From: an uncultured Actinomycetota bacterium
GTDB lineage: Bacteria; Actinomycetota; Actinomycetes; Actinomycetales; CAVURS01
NCBI GenBank assembly: GCA_963834425.1
Contig: CAWIBR010000011.1
Location: 3,308 to 67,307 of the forward strand
Length of the DNA stretch: 64,000 nt
Reading direction: 5' to 3'
The notes under the pieces are model-generated. The model saw only the letters and a list, made by a program, of their open reading frames with translations, ran no database searches and was not told the origin of the DNA. This document shows, one piece after another, positions 29,564 to 39,471 of this stretch (position 1 is the stretch's first letter; each line of letters opens with the position of its first letter). The position numbers were made by a program, and so were the translations under genes.

Positions 29564-30134
29564 CTAGGCGGCGGTCTCGACCCTGAAGGCGTGGACCGTG
29601 TCGTCCAGGCGCACGGTCACGAACGCGGTCTGCGGCACCACGTCCGGAAGGCCGATCGCGAGCTCGCCGTCGATGCGTTGGCCATCGATCAGGACCAGCG
29701 AGTCGCTCTTGGGGTCCGGCGGCACGACCAGCGCCGGCCACCAAGCGGTCACGGTCACCGTGCGAGACCGGTTCAGGGACAGGGTGATCCGTCGGCCCAC
29801 CGGGTCGAAGCCGGGTGCGGCGTCGGACTCGGCCGGCTGTCCCGCGGCTGCTCCTTCGACCTGGGCGGCGATCAGGCCGGCGATCCCGGACAGGCCGTTG
29901 ACCAGCGCCGCGCTTCGGGTTGAGCTGACGGATCTCGGCCGACAGCCGTTCGCGGGTCGCCGGCGGCACCTGGCCGCCGAAGACGACCACGTCGTAGCGG
30001 CCGAGGTCGAAGTAGGTCGCGGCATCGTCGAACAGGTTGGTCGCCTGCGCGGCGTACCCCTTGGTCTGCAGGATGGCGACCGTGTCAGCGAGGACGGCCT
30101 CGCTCTTGCCGAGGATCAGGGCGGACGGGCTCAT
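29564..30134 (-). CDS. Hypothetical protein (frameshift near 29915)
   Basis: AAGGAG RBS; MSPSALILGKS...YDVVVFGGQVP continues in the 29564 frame (GLSGIAGLIAAQV). Confidence 0.6.
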
Positions 30135-30158
30135 GGCGATTCTCCTTCGATCACAGAT

Positions 30159-30213
30159 CGTTGGTCAGGCCAACGTTGGTGTGACCACCATACAGAACGT
30201 TGGCCCGGCCAAC
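30159..30213. promoter_or_regulatory. Two palindromic putative MarR operators
   Basis: CGTTGG-tcagg-CCAACG (30159-75) and GTTGGCC-c-GGCCAAC (30199-213) between divergent genes. Confidence 0.72.
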
Positions 30214-30244
30214 AACTGCTAGCCTGCCGACCGTGGACGAACCC

Positions 30245-30682
30245 ATGCACCCACCCGCCCTCACACCGGCCCGGGTCCGGGATCGGCCGACCTGGCTGAT
30301 CAGCCGCGCCTACGCCCGCTCGAGCGGGCTGTTGAACGACGGCTTCGAGGCGGGGGCGTCCGGACTGCGCAGCTACCACTACCGGCTGCTGGCCGCGTTG
30401 GAGGAGCAGGGCGCCGCCAGCCAGGCCGCCCTCGGCCGGAGCACCGGCATCGACCGGAGCGATGTCACCGCGGCGGTCAACGAGCTCGAAAGCCGCCATC
30501 TGGTACGCCGATCGGTCGATCCGGACGACCGGCGACGGAACATCGTGGCGATCACCCCGGCTGGCAAGAAGCAGCTCGGCGTCCTCGACCGGCTGATCGC
30601 CGAGGTCCAGGAGCAGGTGCTGGAGCCGCTGTCGGCCACCGAGCGCCGCCAGTTCGTCAAGCTGATCCGCCGGCTGGGCTAA
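30245..30682 (+). CDS. MarR family regulator
   Basis: SQAALGR.TGIDRS.V...VNELE...V.R..DPDDRRR.IV.IT.AG. Confidence 0.92.
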   Translation: MHPPALTPARVRDRPTWLISRAYARSSGLLNDGFEAGASGLRSYHYRLLAALEEQGAASQAALGRSTGIDRSDVTAAVNELESRHLVRRSVDPDDRRRNIVAITPAGKKQLGVLDRLIAEVQEQVLEPLSATERRQFVKLIRRLG

Positions 30683-30712
30683 CCCGGCCTGCGGACCGAT
30701 GTCAACGCACGG

Positions 30713-31745
30713 TCAGCCGGCCTGCTCCAGGTAGCCGTCGATCTCGCTGAGGATCGCCCGCTTGCGCTCGTCGTCGGCGAACGACTGCCGGACCGATGAC
30801 CGGGCGAGCTCGGCCACGCCGGCCCGGTCCAGGCCGAGCAGCTCCGCGGCCACGGCGTACTCGGTGGTGAGGGTGGTGGAGAACATCGGTGGGTCGTCGG
30901 AGCCGATCGAGAACGGGACTCCGGCCGCCGCGAGGGCGGGCAGCGGATGAGCGGCCAGCGAGGGCACGGACCGGGTGCGGACGTTCGAGGTCGGGCAGAT
31001 CTCGAGCGGGATCTGCTTCTCGGCGAGGTATCGGACCAGCTCGGGGTCGTGGATCGCGTTGATGCCGTGGCCGATTCGCTCGGCGCCCAGGAGTCGGACG
31101 GCGTCCCACACCGTCTCCGGGCCGGTCGACTCCCCGGCGTGGGGCACGCTGTGCAGGCCGGCTGCGCGCGCCTGGGCGAAGTGTGGCTCGAACCAGGCCC
31201 GCGGTACGCCGACCTCCGGGCCGCCGAGGCCGAAGCTGACCAGGCCAGTCGGGGCGTTGCCGCAGGGCCAGGTCCAGCGTCAGGTCGGCCGCGGGGACGC
31301 CGGACTCGCCCGGGATGTCGAAGCACCAGCGCAGGGTCAGGTCGCGCTCGGCCTCGATGGCCCGTCGCGCGTCCTCGACCGCCTCGCAGAACGCCTCGGC
31401 CGCGATCCCCCGCGTCACCGACGAGTACGGCGTCAGGGTCAGCTCGGCGTACCGGACGTTCTGGTCAGCCAGGCCGACGCCGATGTCGTGGGTGAGCGTC
31501 CAGACATCCTCGGGCGTGCGGATCAGGTCGACCACCGAGAGGTAGACGGTGATGAAGTGCGCGAAGTCGGTGAACCGGAAGTAGTCCGCGAGCAGAGCCG
31601 GGTCGGCCGGGACGTCGGTGCTGCCTTCGTGGCGAGCGGCGAGGGATGCGACCGTCTCCGGGGTCGCGGAGCCGACGTGGTGCACGTGCAACTCGGCCTT
31701 GGGCAGGCCCTCGATGAAGTCGATCAGGTCGGGGGAGGTGGCCAC
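30713..31745 (-). CDS. Adenosine deaminase family (frameshift near 31250)
   Basis: LPKAELHVHHVGS, NVRYAE, PHAGE, ERIGHG, EICPTSN and SDDPPMF motifs. Confidence 0.9.
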
Positions 31746-31812
31746 GACCGAACAGTCTGCCGCCAGCCCAGTCGTCAGCCCAGTCGTTAATGAGGGCCGT
31801 CAGCGAAGGCCG

Positions 31813-32424
31813 TCAGTGAAGGCCGGCCAGTCGACGGGCCAGGCTCTCGGTGAGCGCCACGCGGTCGAGCGGGCCGAGTCGGCGCAGATCGGCCCGACGC
31901 GGCTTCTCCAGCGTGGCCATCCCGTGCATGCCCACCCAGACCAGGAAGGCGTCGGCGTGGGGGTCCGCGCTCGCCGAGGCGCCGCTGTCGACGCAAGCCT
32001 GCAAGGCGGTCCGGATCCGGTCGAAGGTGCGGATCGCGTCGGGTGCGAAGCCGCCGCCCGCCACCATGAACCGGTAGCGCGCCCGGTGCTGCCAGGCGAA
32101 CTCGACGTAGGCCCGGCAGCCGGCGACCAACGCCTCGGCCGGCGCGGCTGCGGCCTCCATCGCGGACGCAACGGCGGCATCCAGCTCGGCGAAGCCCGTC
32201 TCCAGGACGGCGTCCGCGACGGCCTGGACATCGGCGAAGTGAGCGTAGATCGACGGCGCGCTGATGCCGGCCTGGCGAGCCACCCCACGCAGGGTCAGGG
32301 CCGACGGCTCGGGCGACTCATCGACGATGGCCGTCGCGGCCGTGACGATCTCCTCGCGCAGCCGGGGGCCCTGACCGCGAGTGTTCCGCGGGCGGGCGGT
32401 GACCGCGGGGACGGGCTTGGGCAT
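31813..32424 (-). CDS. TetR family regulator (WHG-type C-terminus)
   Basis: LTLRGVARQAGISAPSIYAHF HTH; WVGMHG motif. Confidence 0.9.
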   Translation of the reverse strand: MPKPVPAVTARPRNTRGQGPRLREEIVTAATAIVDESPEPSALTLRGVARQAGISAPSIYAHFADVQAVADAVLETGFAELDAAVASAMEAAAAPAEALVAGCRAYVEFAWQHRARYRFMVAGGGFAPDAIRTFDRIRTALQACVDSGASASADPHADAFLVWVGMHGMATLEKPRRADLRRLGPLDRVALTESLARRLAGLH

Positions 32425-32463
32425 CTCGAGACCTCCAGAAACAGCGGGGCTTGCCAAATTGAA

Positions 32464-32491
32464 CTTACGGTCGTTAATTTACGACCGTAAG
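32464..32491. promoter_or_regulatory. Putative TetR operator
   Basis: Perfect 11-bp inverted repeat CTTACGGTCGT-taattt-ACGACCGTAAG between divergent genes. Confidence 0.8.
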
Positions 32492-32528
32492 CCTATCGTA
32501 GATCACCCACTCCCGAAAGGGCACTCCG

Positions 32529-32987
32529 ATGTACATCGTGCTGGTTCTGGCTCAGACCCTCGTCCTGCCACTGATCTCCGGATCGATCGACCTGGCCGTC
32601 GGTGGCGGGCATCCGCTCGTGGTCTACGGGATGTGGTGGGCGTTCTGGGGCGTCGGCACCCGCCTGACCGTCGCGGGGATCAGCCAGCTGGTGAACCCGG
32701 GCCGCACGGCGCAGGGCATCCTCGGCCTGGACGACCCGGGCGCCGAGCAGGTCGTGCACGAGCTGGGCTACGGAAACCTCTCCATGGGCCTGGTCGCCCT
32801 GGTCGCGCCGTTCGTCGATCACTGGGGCATCCTGGGCGCCGCCCCGGGCGCGATCTCGCTGGGCCTGGCCGGACTCCGGCACGTCACCAAGTCCGGCAAG
32901 AACCGCGACGAGAACGTCGCGACGTGGACCGACCTGCTCGTCTTCGTGGTGGTCGCGCTCGGCCTGCTGGGGACGGCGCTCGCCTAG
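32529..32987 (+). CDS. Small membrane protein (DUF6790-like)
   Basis: 4-5 TM segments; WWAFWGVG.RL..AG..Q and ELGYGNL motifs. Confidence 0.7.
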   Translation: MYIVLVLAQTLVLPLISGSIDLAVGGGHPLVVYGMWWAFWGVGTRLTVAGISQLVNPGRTAQGILGLDDPGAEQVVHELGYGNLSMGLVALVAPFVDHWGILGAAPGAISLGLAGLRHVTKSGKNRDENVATWTDLLVFVVVALGLLGTALA

Positions 32988-33069
32988 GAGTGGTTGACGT
33001 GGATCACTTGTCCTATGTCAACAGTCGACCCGAATGACGTCAGCGCTGCGTTCTGAGGATGATGGGCGG

Positions 33070-33447
33070 ATGACGAATCGCCTGGTCGGGGTCACCATCG
33101 ACTGCGCTGACCCGGCGCGCCTCGCAGCCTTCTGGAGCGCGCTGCTGGATCGGCCGCTGTCGCAGGAACACGACGAGCCGGGCTGGGCCACCGTGGGGTC
33201 TCGCCTCGACGACTGGCCGCGGCTCACCTTCCAGGCCGTGCCAGAGCCCAAGGTGGCGAAGGTGCGGCTGCATCTCGACGTACAGGTCGCGGCGATCGAC
33301 GCGGGTGTGGCCGAGGTCGAAGCGCTCGGTGGGCGCTGGACCGGCGAACGCCACGACTACGACGAGGGCGTCGTCCTGGTCATGGCCGACCCCGAGGACC
33401 ACGAGTTCTGCCTGGTCGAGTACTACGACACCCACATCCCCGCCTGA
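33070..33447 (+). CDS. VOC/glyoxalase-like protein
   Basis: VTIDCADPARLAAFW, K.RLHLD and MADPEDHEFC motifs. Confidence 0.88.
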   Translation: MTNRLVGVTIDCADPARLAAFWSALLDRPLSQEHDEPGWATVGSRLDDWPRLTFQAVPEPKVAKVRLHLDVQVAAIDAGVAEVEALGGRWTGERHDYDEGVVLVMADPEDHEFCLVEYYDTHIPA

Positions 33448-33498
33448 CCCGCCCCGGCCTCCGCCGCGCCCCCGGTGTGCCCAGTCGCACCAACCTCT

Positions 33499-33530
33499 TA
33501 TTGGCACGGGGACGCACTGTGCCAATAGGT
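33499..33530. repeat. Inverted repeat between convergent genes
   Basis: TATTGGCAC...GTGCCAATA, followed by TGGCACGG...CCGTGCCA. Confidence 0.55.
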
Positions 33531-33568
33531 CTGGCACGGAGCCGCACCGTGCCAGTGAAATGCGGGGG

Positions 33569-34285
33569 TCAGATGTCGAGGAGCTGCTCGTAGAAGCCGC
33601 CGAAGCCGCGCTCGTGGTCGGTCAGGTGGACCTCGAGGATCCAGTGGCAGGGCTTGCCGGTGGCGTCGGGGCGGCGCATCGGCTGGTCGTTGCCCTCGGT
33701 GATGTAGCAGTCGATGTCGTCGCCGTTGATCTTCTCGTGCGGGAACTCGCCGACCAGGTGCCCGGCGTGCGTCGTGCCGTGCCCCCAGCCGGCCTCCGCG
33801 ATCAGGGCGAGCACCTCGTCGTACAGCTCGGCGCCGGTGATGTCGGGCCGGCTCTCGAAGGTGCGCTGTGCGGTCGACCAGATCCGCGGGAGGTCGGCCG
33901 CGAGCCGGTGTTTGACGGGGTCGTCACCCAGGACGTACGTGCGACCGAAGTCGGCCTCCCACTCCTCCAGGAGAGGCCCGAAGTCGAAGAACGCGATGTC
34001 GTCGGCCTCCAGCCGGCGGTCGGGCGGGTTGGCTTCGTAGGGCTCCAGGGTGTTGCGGCCGGCGCGCACGATCCGCTTGTGCCAGAACCGCCGGATGCCG
34101 AACAGCTCGCCGGCCAGGTCGCGCACCGCGTCACTGAGCTCGCGCTCGCCGCGCCCCGGCGCCACCAGGCCGCGGTGGATCGCCTCGTCGAACAGCGCTT
34201 GGGCCTTGGCCTCCGCGCCGCGCAGGGCAGCGATGCGCTCGGCCTCGTCGGCAGCCGGCCAGTGCGACTCGGTGGGAGCGGTCAT
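33569..34285 (-). CDS. M24 family metallopeptidase
   Basis: FDFGP...EADFGRTY, GHLVGEFPHE and WILEVH...GGFYE motifs. Confidence 0.85.
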   Translation of the reverse strand: MTAPTESHWPAADEAERIAALRGAEAKAQALFDEAIHRGLVAPGRGERELSDAVRDLAGELFGIRRFWHKRIVRAGRNTLEPYEANPPDRRLEADDIAFFDFGPLLEEWEADFGRTYVLGDDPVKHRLAADLPRIWSTAQRTFESRPDITGAELYDEVLALIAEAGWGHGTTHAGHLVGEFPHEKINGDDIDCYITEGNDQPMRRPDATGKPCHWILEVHLTDHERGFGGFYEQLLDI

Positions 34286-35070
34286 CGCGGGTCTCCTCCT
34301 GAGACGGGTCCTGAGACGACGAGTACGAGCGATCCTTCGAAGGCGTCCTGCGTGCGCAGGTGCCCCCACCGACGATCCCACGCGCCGCTGTCCAGGTCAG
34401 CCCGGAGTTCCCGCTCAAACCGGTCGTGGACCGCCGGCTCGACGAAGCTCCAGGCCGAGTTGGCCCGCCGCGCACCGGGATCCAGCAGCGCCTCCGGCCG
34501 GCCGAAGTAGGCCTCGCCGAAGCCGTCGATACATCCCTGCGGGATGGCGATCGGCCTGACCGAGCCACCGCCCAAGCCGTCCAGGAGGGTCTCGATCGGC
34601 GGGTAACGCCGGGCCTCGACGTCGATGACCTCCGGAGCGTACGCCGCGAGCCAGAACCGTTGCAGGAGAGTCGGATCGCAGGTCAAGACGACGGCAGGTC
34701 CGCGGGTGACGCGCCGCATCTCGGCCAAACCGCGGGCCAGGTCCGGCCACTGGTGCACGGTGAAGGTCGCCATCGCTGCGCCGAAGGTGTCGTCGTCGAA
34801 CGGCAGCGCCTCCGCGATCGCCTCCACGGCCGGGCCGAGACCGGCCGGTCGCTGCGCGCGCATCGCGGCCGACGGCTCGACAGCGACCACGGCTCGGTCG
34901 GCGGGCTCGTACGACCCTGCGCCAGCACCGACGTTCAGCACCAAGGGCGCCGGGCCGAGGGCCGCGTGCAGCTGAGCCGCGACGTGTGGATCCGGGCGCC
35001 GGTAGCGGGTGTAGTCGACGCCGATCTCGCCGTAGTCCGCATCGCCCGCCGAACCGTCTGCCCTCCGCAT
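34282..35070 (-). CDS. Class I SAM-dependent methyltransferase
   Basis: VLNVGAGAGSYE, VEPS and AEALPF.D motifs. Confidence 0.87.
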   Translation of the reverse strand: MRRADGSAGDADYGEIGVDYTRYRRPDPHVAAQLHAALGPAPLVLNVGAGAGSYEPADRAVVAVEPSAAMRAQRPAGLGPAVEAIAEALPFDDDTFGAAMATFTVHQWPDLARGLAEMRRVTRGPAVVLTCDPTLLQRFWLAAYAPEVIDVEARRYPPIETLLDGLGGGSVRPIAIPQGCIDGFGEAYFGRPEALLDPGARRANSAWSFVEPAVHDRFERELRADLDSGAWDRRWGHLRTQDAFEGSLVLVVSGPVSGGDPR

Positions 35071-35195
35071 GCCGCCAGTCTCTCAGGCTCCGAGTGCTAT
35101 GAGCGCTTAGCCGCCGACGATGAGATCTGGTGGACGTCCGGCCGCTCGCACTTGCGGAATGCTCTTGTTGTTGCCCCGGCCGGTCCGTGCCGGTG

Positions 35196-35890
35196 TCAGT
35201 CGCCATCATCGGGCCGGACCAGGCCGCTCTCGTAGGCGAGGACGACGGCCTGGACGCGGTCGCGCAGGCCGAGCTTGGTGAGGATGCGCGCCGACGTGGC
35301 TCTTGACCGTGCTCTCCTCGATCACCAGGCTCGGCGGCGATCTCGGAGTTCGACCGGCCACGAGCGATCAGCCGGAGCACCTCGAGCTCGCGGGCGGTCA
35401 GGACGCTCAGGCGGGCCGGGCGTGCTCTCCTGCGGGCGCAGCGAACGGGTGAAGCGGGTGATCAGCCGGCGGGTCACGCTGGGGTCGATAGCGCATCGCC
35501 CTCGGCGGCGCAGCGGATCGCGGCCAGCAGCTGGTCGGCCGGCGCGTCCTTGAGGATGAAGCCACTGACCCCGGCGCGCAGCGCCTCGTAGACGTACTCG
35601 TCGGAGTCGAACGTCGTGAGAATGACTACGCGGCAGTCGGATTCGGCCAGGATGCGTCGGGTTGCCTGCAGGCCGTCCAGATGTGGCATCCGGATGTCCA
35701 TCAGCACGACGTCGGGCTCGGCCTCCCGGACGAGCTGGATCGCCTCGACGCCGTCAGCGGCCTCGCCGACGACGTCGATGTCCGGCTCGCTGGCCAGGAT
35801 GACCCGGAAGCCGGTCCGCACCAGCCGTTGATCGTCCACGACGAGCACCGCGATCCGCGACCGGCTGGTCGAGGAGCTTTGCGACGGCAC
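35196..35890 (-). CDS. NarL/LuxR family response regulator (several frameshifts)
   Basis: VVDDQ, PDVVLMDIRMP and GFILKD; HTH fragments LTARELEVLRLIARGRSNSEIA and KLGLRDRVQAVVLAYESG in shifted frames. Confidence 0.88.
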
Positions 35891-36066
35891 CGGGGTCTCC
35901 GATCGGTCTGCGATCTGGCGATGCTGCCGAGCCTATCGAGCAGGGGATCTCCGACCTGGGACGGACGTCACCTCCAGGGTTCCGCCCACGGGGGGATGTG
36001 GCGCCTCCTCGGCGCGACGCAGCCTGATCAGGTCCCACCAGTCCGTCTAAACCAAGGAGTCAGATC

Positions 36067-36582
36067 ATGAGCCCCATCATCGGATTGTTCGTCGCCATCC
36101 TGGCCGGCTGGCTTGCGCCGCATCCTCGCGCCGCCGCGATCGCGGTCGTGCCACCCATGCTGGGCGCGACGGCCGCGCAGTCGTGGTACCTCGGCACCGG
36201 CCGTGGCCACAACGGGCCGAGTACGACGACCGCTTCGGTCGGGTACTGGATCGTGCAGGCGCTGATCATCGTCGCCATCGGCGGGGTCGCGGCGGCCATC
36301 TGCTGGGTGCGCTCGCGCCGCTCGACGACCACCCGTGCGGTCCCGTCGGGGCGGCAGCTCACGGTGCTGCTGACCGTGGCGACACTGGCCGCGTTCGCCG
36401 CGACCCTGGGCGCCATGTTCGTGACCGATCGCCCGGCTCACCCCGGCACCGGCAGCGGCAACCCTCCGCTCGCGGGCGTGATCGCGATCTTCGTCGGCCT
36501 GGCCGTGCTCGTCGCCCTCGCGGTCGGCTGGGCCCGTCGCAGCATCCAGGCCCGCCGCGCGCCGCACGAGCTTGCCCACTGA
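36067..36582 (+). CDS. Membrane protein
   Basis: AAGGAG RBS; about 5 hydrophobic segments. Confidence 0.7.
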   Translation: MSPIIGLFVAILAGWLAPHPRAAAIAVVPPMLGATAAQSWYLGTGRGHNGPSTTTASVGYWIVQALIIVAIGGVAAAICWVRSRRSTTTRAVPSGRQLTVLLTVATLAAFAATLGAMFVTDRPAHPGTGSGNPPLAGVIAIFVGLAVLVALAVGWARRSIQARRAPHELAH

Positions 36583-36599
36583 TTCCGGCCGGGCAGACA

Positions 36600-37751
36600 A
36601 TGCGACGTGTCCCGCCACGCATCGGGCCGGCCGTGACCGCCCAGGTCGCGGCACCACACACCGCTCGTCCGCCGACGGTGCGCGGCCGGGGGACGGCGGT
36701 CGTCGGTTACGTCCTGGCCGCGGTGCTCACGGCGTACGTGCTCTGGCTGGTCATCGTCCACGACAACGCCTCCGTCGCCGCGGGTATCGCGGCCGTGACG
36801 ATGACCCTGCCGATCGCCTTCGCGACGACTGCTCCGACGGTGGTCGGCTGCACGCTCGCCGCTGCCGCAGCGGTGAACGGCCTGTTCTTCGGGCACCTCG
36901 CCCGCTGCGGGGCGACGCTGCCGGCGGTCTTCTTCGCGGCCTTCGTGTGCGGTCGAATGCTCGGTCGGCGGGGGTGGCCCGGCTTCGCCGGAACCCTTGC
37001 CGCAGTGGCCATCCAGTGCGTCGTCGACCCGCGGCTCGGCTATGGGGCGATCGTCCTGATGGTGCCGGTGGACGCCGCCTTCTTCGCCGCTGGCCGCTAC
37101 GTGCGTCGTCGGGCCGAGATGGTCGCGTCCCTGCGCGAGTACGCCGCTCAGCTGCACGAGCAGCGTGAGGAGACCGCCCGGTTGGCCGTGGCGGCCGATC
37201 GTGAGGAGCTCACGGACCGCCTGAATCACACTCTGCGGCAACGGATCGACGCGATCGCCGAGGCCGTCGATGCTCCAGGGTCCAGCCACGAGCGCTTCGC
37301 CACGATCGAGTTGCTCGGCCGGGAGACCCTCGACGGCATGCGCGAGCTGGTGGGTGCGCTGCGGGAGTCGCCCACCGAGCCCGAGCCGGGACTAGCCAAT
37401 CTGGCCGAGCTCTGCGCCCGCTCGACGACGGCCGATGTCCGGCTGACCGTGGACGGCCAGGTGCGGTTGCTGCCGGCCAGCATCGAGCTGTCGGCCTGCC
37501 GGATCGTCGAGCAGCTGCTGCGGGTGCTGCCCGATCAGCCCGGGGCGAGGGTCAGGCTCGAGCTGGACTTCGCCACGGCCGGCTTGGACATCGCGGTCTC
37601 GGGTGCGTCGATCAGCCGGGTCGACGTGGACCAGGTGCAGGCGCTCGCAGGAGCTCGGGCCGCCCTGCACGGCGGCAGCGTCGACATCACCGATGGCTCG
37701 GGCCAGCGGCGGGCCCGGGTCCACCTGCCGCTGGTGAGCAGCCATGGCTGA
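36600..37751 (+). CDS. Degenerate sensor histidine kinase-like protein
   Basis: TM region, coiled coil and HisKA_3/HATPase-like layout, but the H-box reads EELTDRLNHTL and N/G boxes are absent. Confidence 0.7.
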   Translation: MRRVPPRIGPAVTAQVAAPHTARPPTVRGRGTAVVGYVLAAVLTAYVLWLVIVHDNASVAAGIAAVTMTLPIAFATTAPTVVGCTLAAAAAVNGLFFGHLARCGATLPAVFFAAFVCGRMLGRRGWPGFAGTLAAVAIQCVVDPRLGYGAIVLMVPVDAAFFAAGRYVRRRAEMVASLREYAAQLHEQREETARLAVAADREELTDRLNHTLRQRIDAIAEAVDAPGSSHERFATIELLGRETLDGMRELVGALRESPTEPEPGLANLAELCARSTTADVRLTVDGQVRLLPASIELSACRIVEQLLRVLPDQPGARVRLELDFATAGLDIAVSGASISRVDVDQVQALAGARAALHGGSVDITDGSGQRRARVHLPLVSSHG

Positions 37752-38721
37752 ACCGCGCTGGCCGCTGATCGCCGCACTCGCCGGCAGTGCGGCGTACGTC
37801 GTGGTCGTCGTGACCGGTGTGGCCGATCCGGCCGGCGAGACCGTCCCCGATGCGGTGCTGTTCCTCGTGGGTTTCATCGGGGCCGCCGTGCTCAGCCTTG
37901 CGCTCGGGCTGCTGTCGCGCCGGGTGGACTCGGTGATCGGTCTGCTCGCCCTCACCGTGGCCGCCGAGTGGGGCGCAATCAACCCGTTCCCGGTCGTCGT
38001 GACGGTCGGCTGCTGGCTGGTGGGCGCCGCCATCCGGTCGCACCGGGGACTGGACCGGGCGCTGCGGGCGCGAGCCTACGAAATGGCAGTCACCCGTGAG
38101 CTTTTCGTCGCCGAGTCACTGCGATACGAGCGCACGCGGATGGCCCGAGAGCTGCACGACGTCATCGCTCACAGCCTCAGCGTCATCGTCATCCAGGCCA
38201 GCGCCGGCCAACGATTGCCCGATGGTGATCCGCAGAGCCACGAGCTGCTCGACACCATCCGGGAGCTGACCGGCCAGGCCCGCGATGACCTGACCAGCCT
38301 GGCCGACCTGCTGGACCGGGCCGCCAGCCAGGCGCCGGCGCTGACCCGGCAGTCGCTCGACGAGCTGCTGGCGCGGACGGCCGCGACCGGTTCGCCCTTG
38401 GCCTGCACGGCTCCGGGCGAGCTCGACGCGATTCCCGGCGGCATCGCGGTCGTCGTCTACCGAGTGCTTCAGGAGAGCCTGACCAACGCCATCAAGCATG
38501 CGCCGGGCGCCCCGATCGACGTCTCCATCGCGGCGGCTCCGTCGGTCGAGGTCGCGATCGTCAACCAGGCGAGTCGCAGTGGTTCGGGGATCCACCCGGT
38601 GCCGGGGGCGGGGCGGGGGATCGCCGGCTTGACCGAACGGGTCGCCGCCGTGGGCGGGACCTTGGCCAGTGGGCCGACCAGCCAGGGCGGCTGGCAGGTC
38701 CGCGCCCACCTCCCGCTCTGA
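37744..38721 (+). CDS. Sensor histidine kinase (HisKA_3)
   Basis: ERTRMARELHDVIAHSLS, YRVLQESLTNAIKHA and GRGIAGLTERV..VGG motifs. Confidence 0.9.
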   Translation: MAEPRWPLIAALAGSAAYVVVVVTGVADPAGETVPDAVLFLVGFIGAAVLSLALGLLSRRVDSVIGLLALTVAAEWGAINPFPVVVTVGCWLVGAAIRSHRGLDRALRARAYEMAVTRELFVAESLRYERTRMARELHDVIAHSLSVIVIQASAGQRLPDGDPQSHELLDTIRELTGQARDDLTSLADLLDRAASQAPALTRQSLDELLARTAATGSPLACTAPGELDAIPGGIAVVVYRVLQESLTNAIKHAPGAPIDVSIAAAPSVEVAIVNQASRSGSGIHPVPGAGRGIAGLTERVAAVGGTLASGPTSQGGWQVRAHLPL

Positions 38722-38740
38722 CCGGGCTGCGGCTGCGTGA

Positions 38741-39385
38741 CTAGCCGATCCGATGCAGGGCCTGCGACAGCCACTCGTTGTGCTGTTCCGGGTGACTGAG
38801 CAGGTCCGCCGAGACCAGCGCGTGCAGGGATCGACGCTCGCGGTCTTGGCTAAGCACCCAGTGGCGCGTGCCCCGGACGGGCAGGGTGTCCAGCTGCACG
38901 GTGACGTCGGCGATCGGCTCGCCCTTGACCTGCTCGACGCGGGCAACGAGGTCGGCCGGCCAGTTGCTCGACCAGGTGTCGCGTTCGGGCTGCCTGGCCA
39001 ACCACGTGGTGATCGCGGGCCAGGTGCTGACGAAGATCTGCTTGAGCTCGGGAGCAGACGCCAGGGACCCGAACTTGGGTGGATCCGGGGTCCAGAACGT
39101 CGGGAGCCCGTACAGCGGAGGAGCGGCCTCGACGCCTGCTTCACGGGCGCGGGCGGTGTGGCCCGCCAGGGCGATACGCCAGAGCGCGCCCCAGGGTTCG
39201 GCGGCTGCCTTGCGCACGTGCTGTCCGGTGAACAGTCGTTCGATCGTCGGGGTCGGTTCCAGCGGCTCAGGAATCGACGCGTCGTAGAACGGAAGGTCAG
39301 CCAGCTCGCGCACAGCGAGCAGCACAGCCAGGTTGTCGGCGCGACCGATGCTGACCGACCACGAGCTGGCGCCGGCGAGATGCAT
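38741..39385 (-). CDS. Hypothetical protein
   Basis: About 214 aa globular-looking ORF filling the gap; no motif recognised. Confidence 0.55.
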   Translation of the reverse strand: MHLAGASSWSVSIGRADNLAVLLAVRELADLPFYDASIPEPLEPTPTIERLFTGQHVRKAAAEPWGALWRIALAGHTARAREAGVEAAPPLYGLPTFWTPDPPKFGSLASAPELKQIFVSTWPAITTWLARQPERDTWSSNWPADLVARVEQVKGEPIADVTVQLDTLPVRGTRHWVLSQDRERRSLHALVSADLLSHPEQHNEWLSQALHRIG

Positions 39386-39471
39386 CGAAGGATCGTCCCA
39401 TCGATCCTGGTCGACGGAGAATCCGGATTGCTGCGGTTGCGAGCTCCGCGCCCACCTGACCGTGGGTCGCC

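Noticed and set aside
31763-31825. Short tandem duplications (CAGCCCAGTCGT x2, GGCCGTCAG repeats)
   Set aside because: Too short and irregular for a CRISPR array or iterons; probably slippage near a stop codon.
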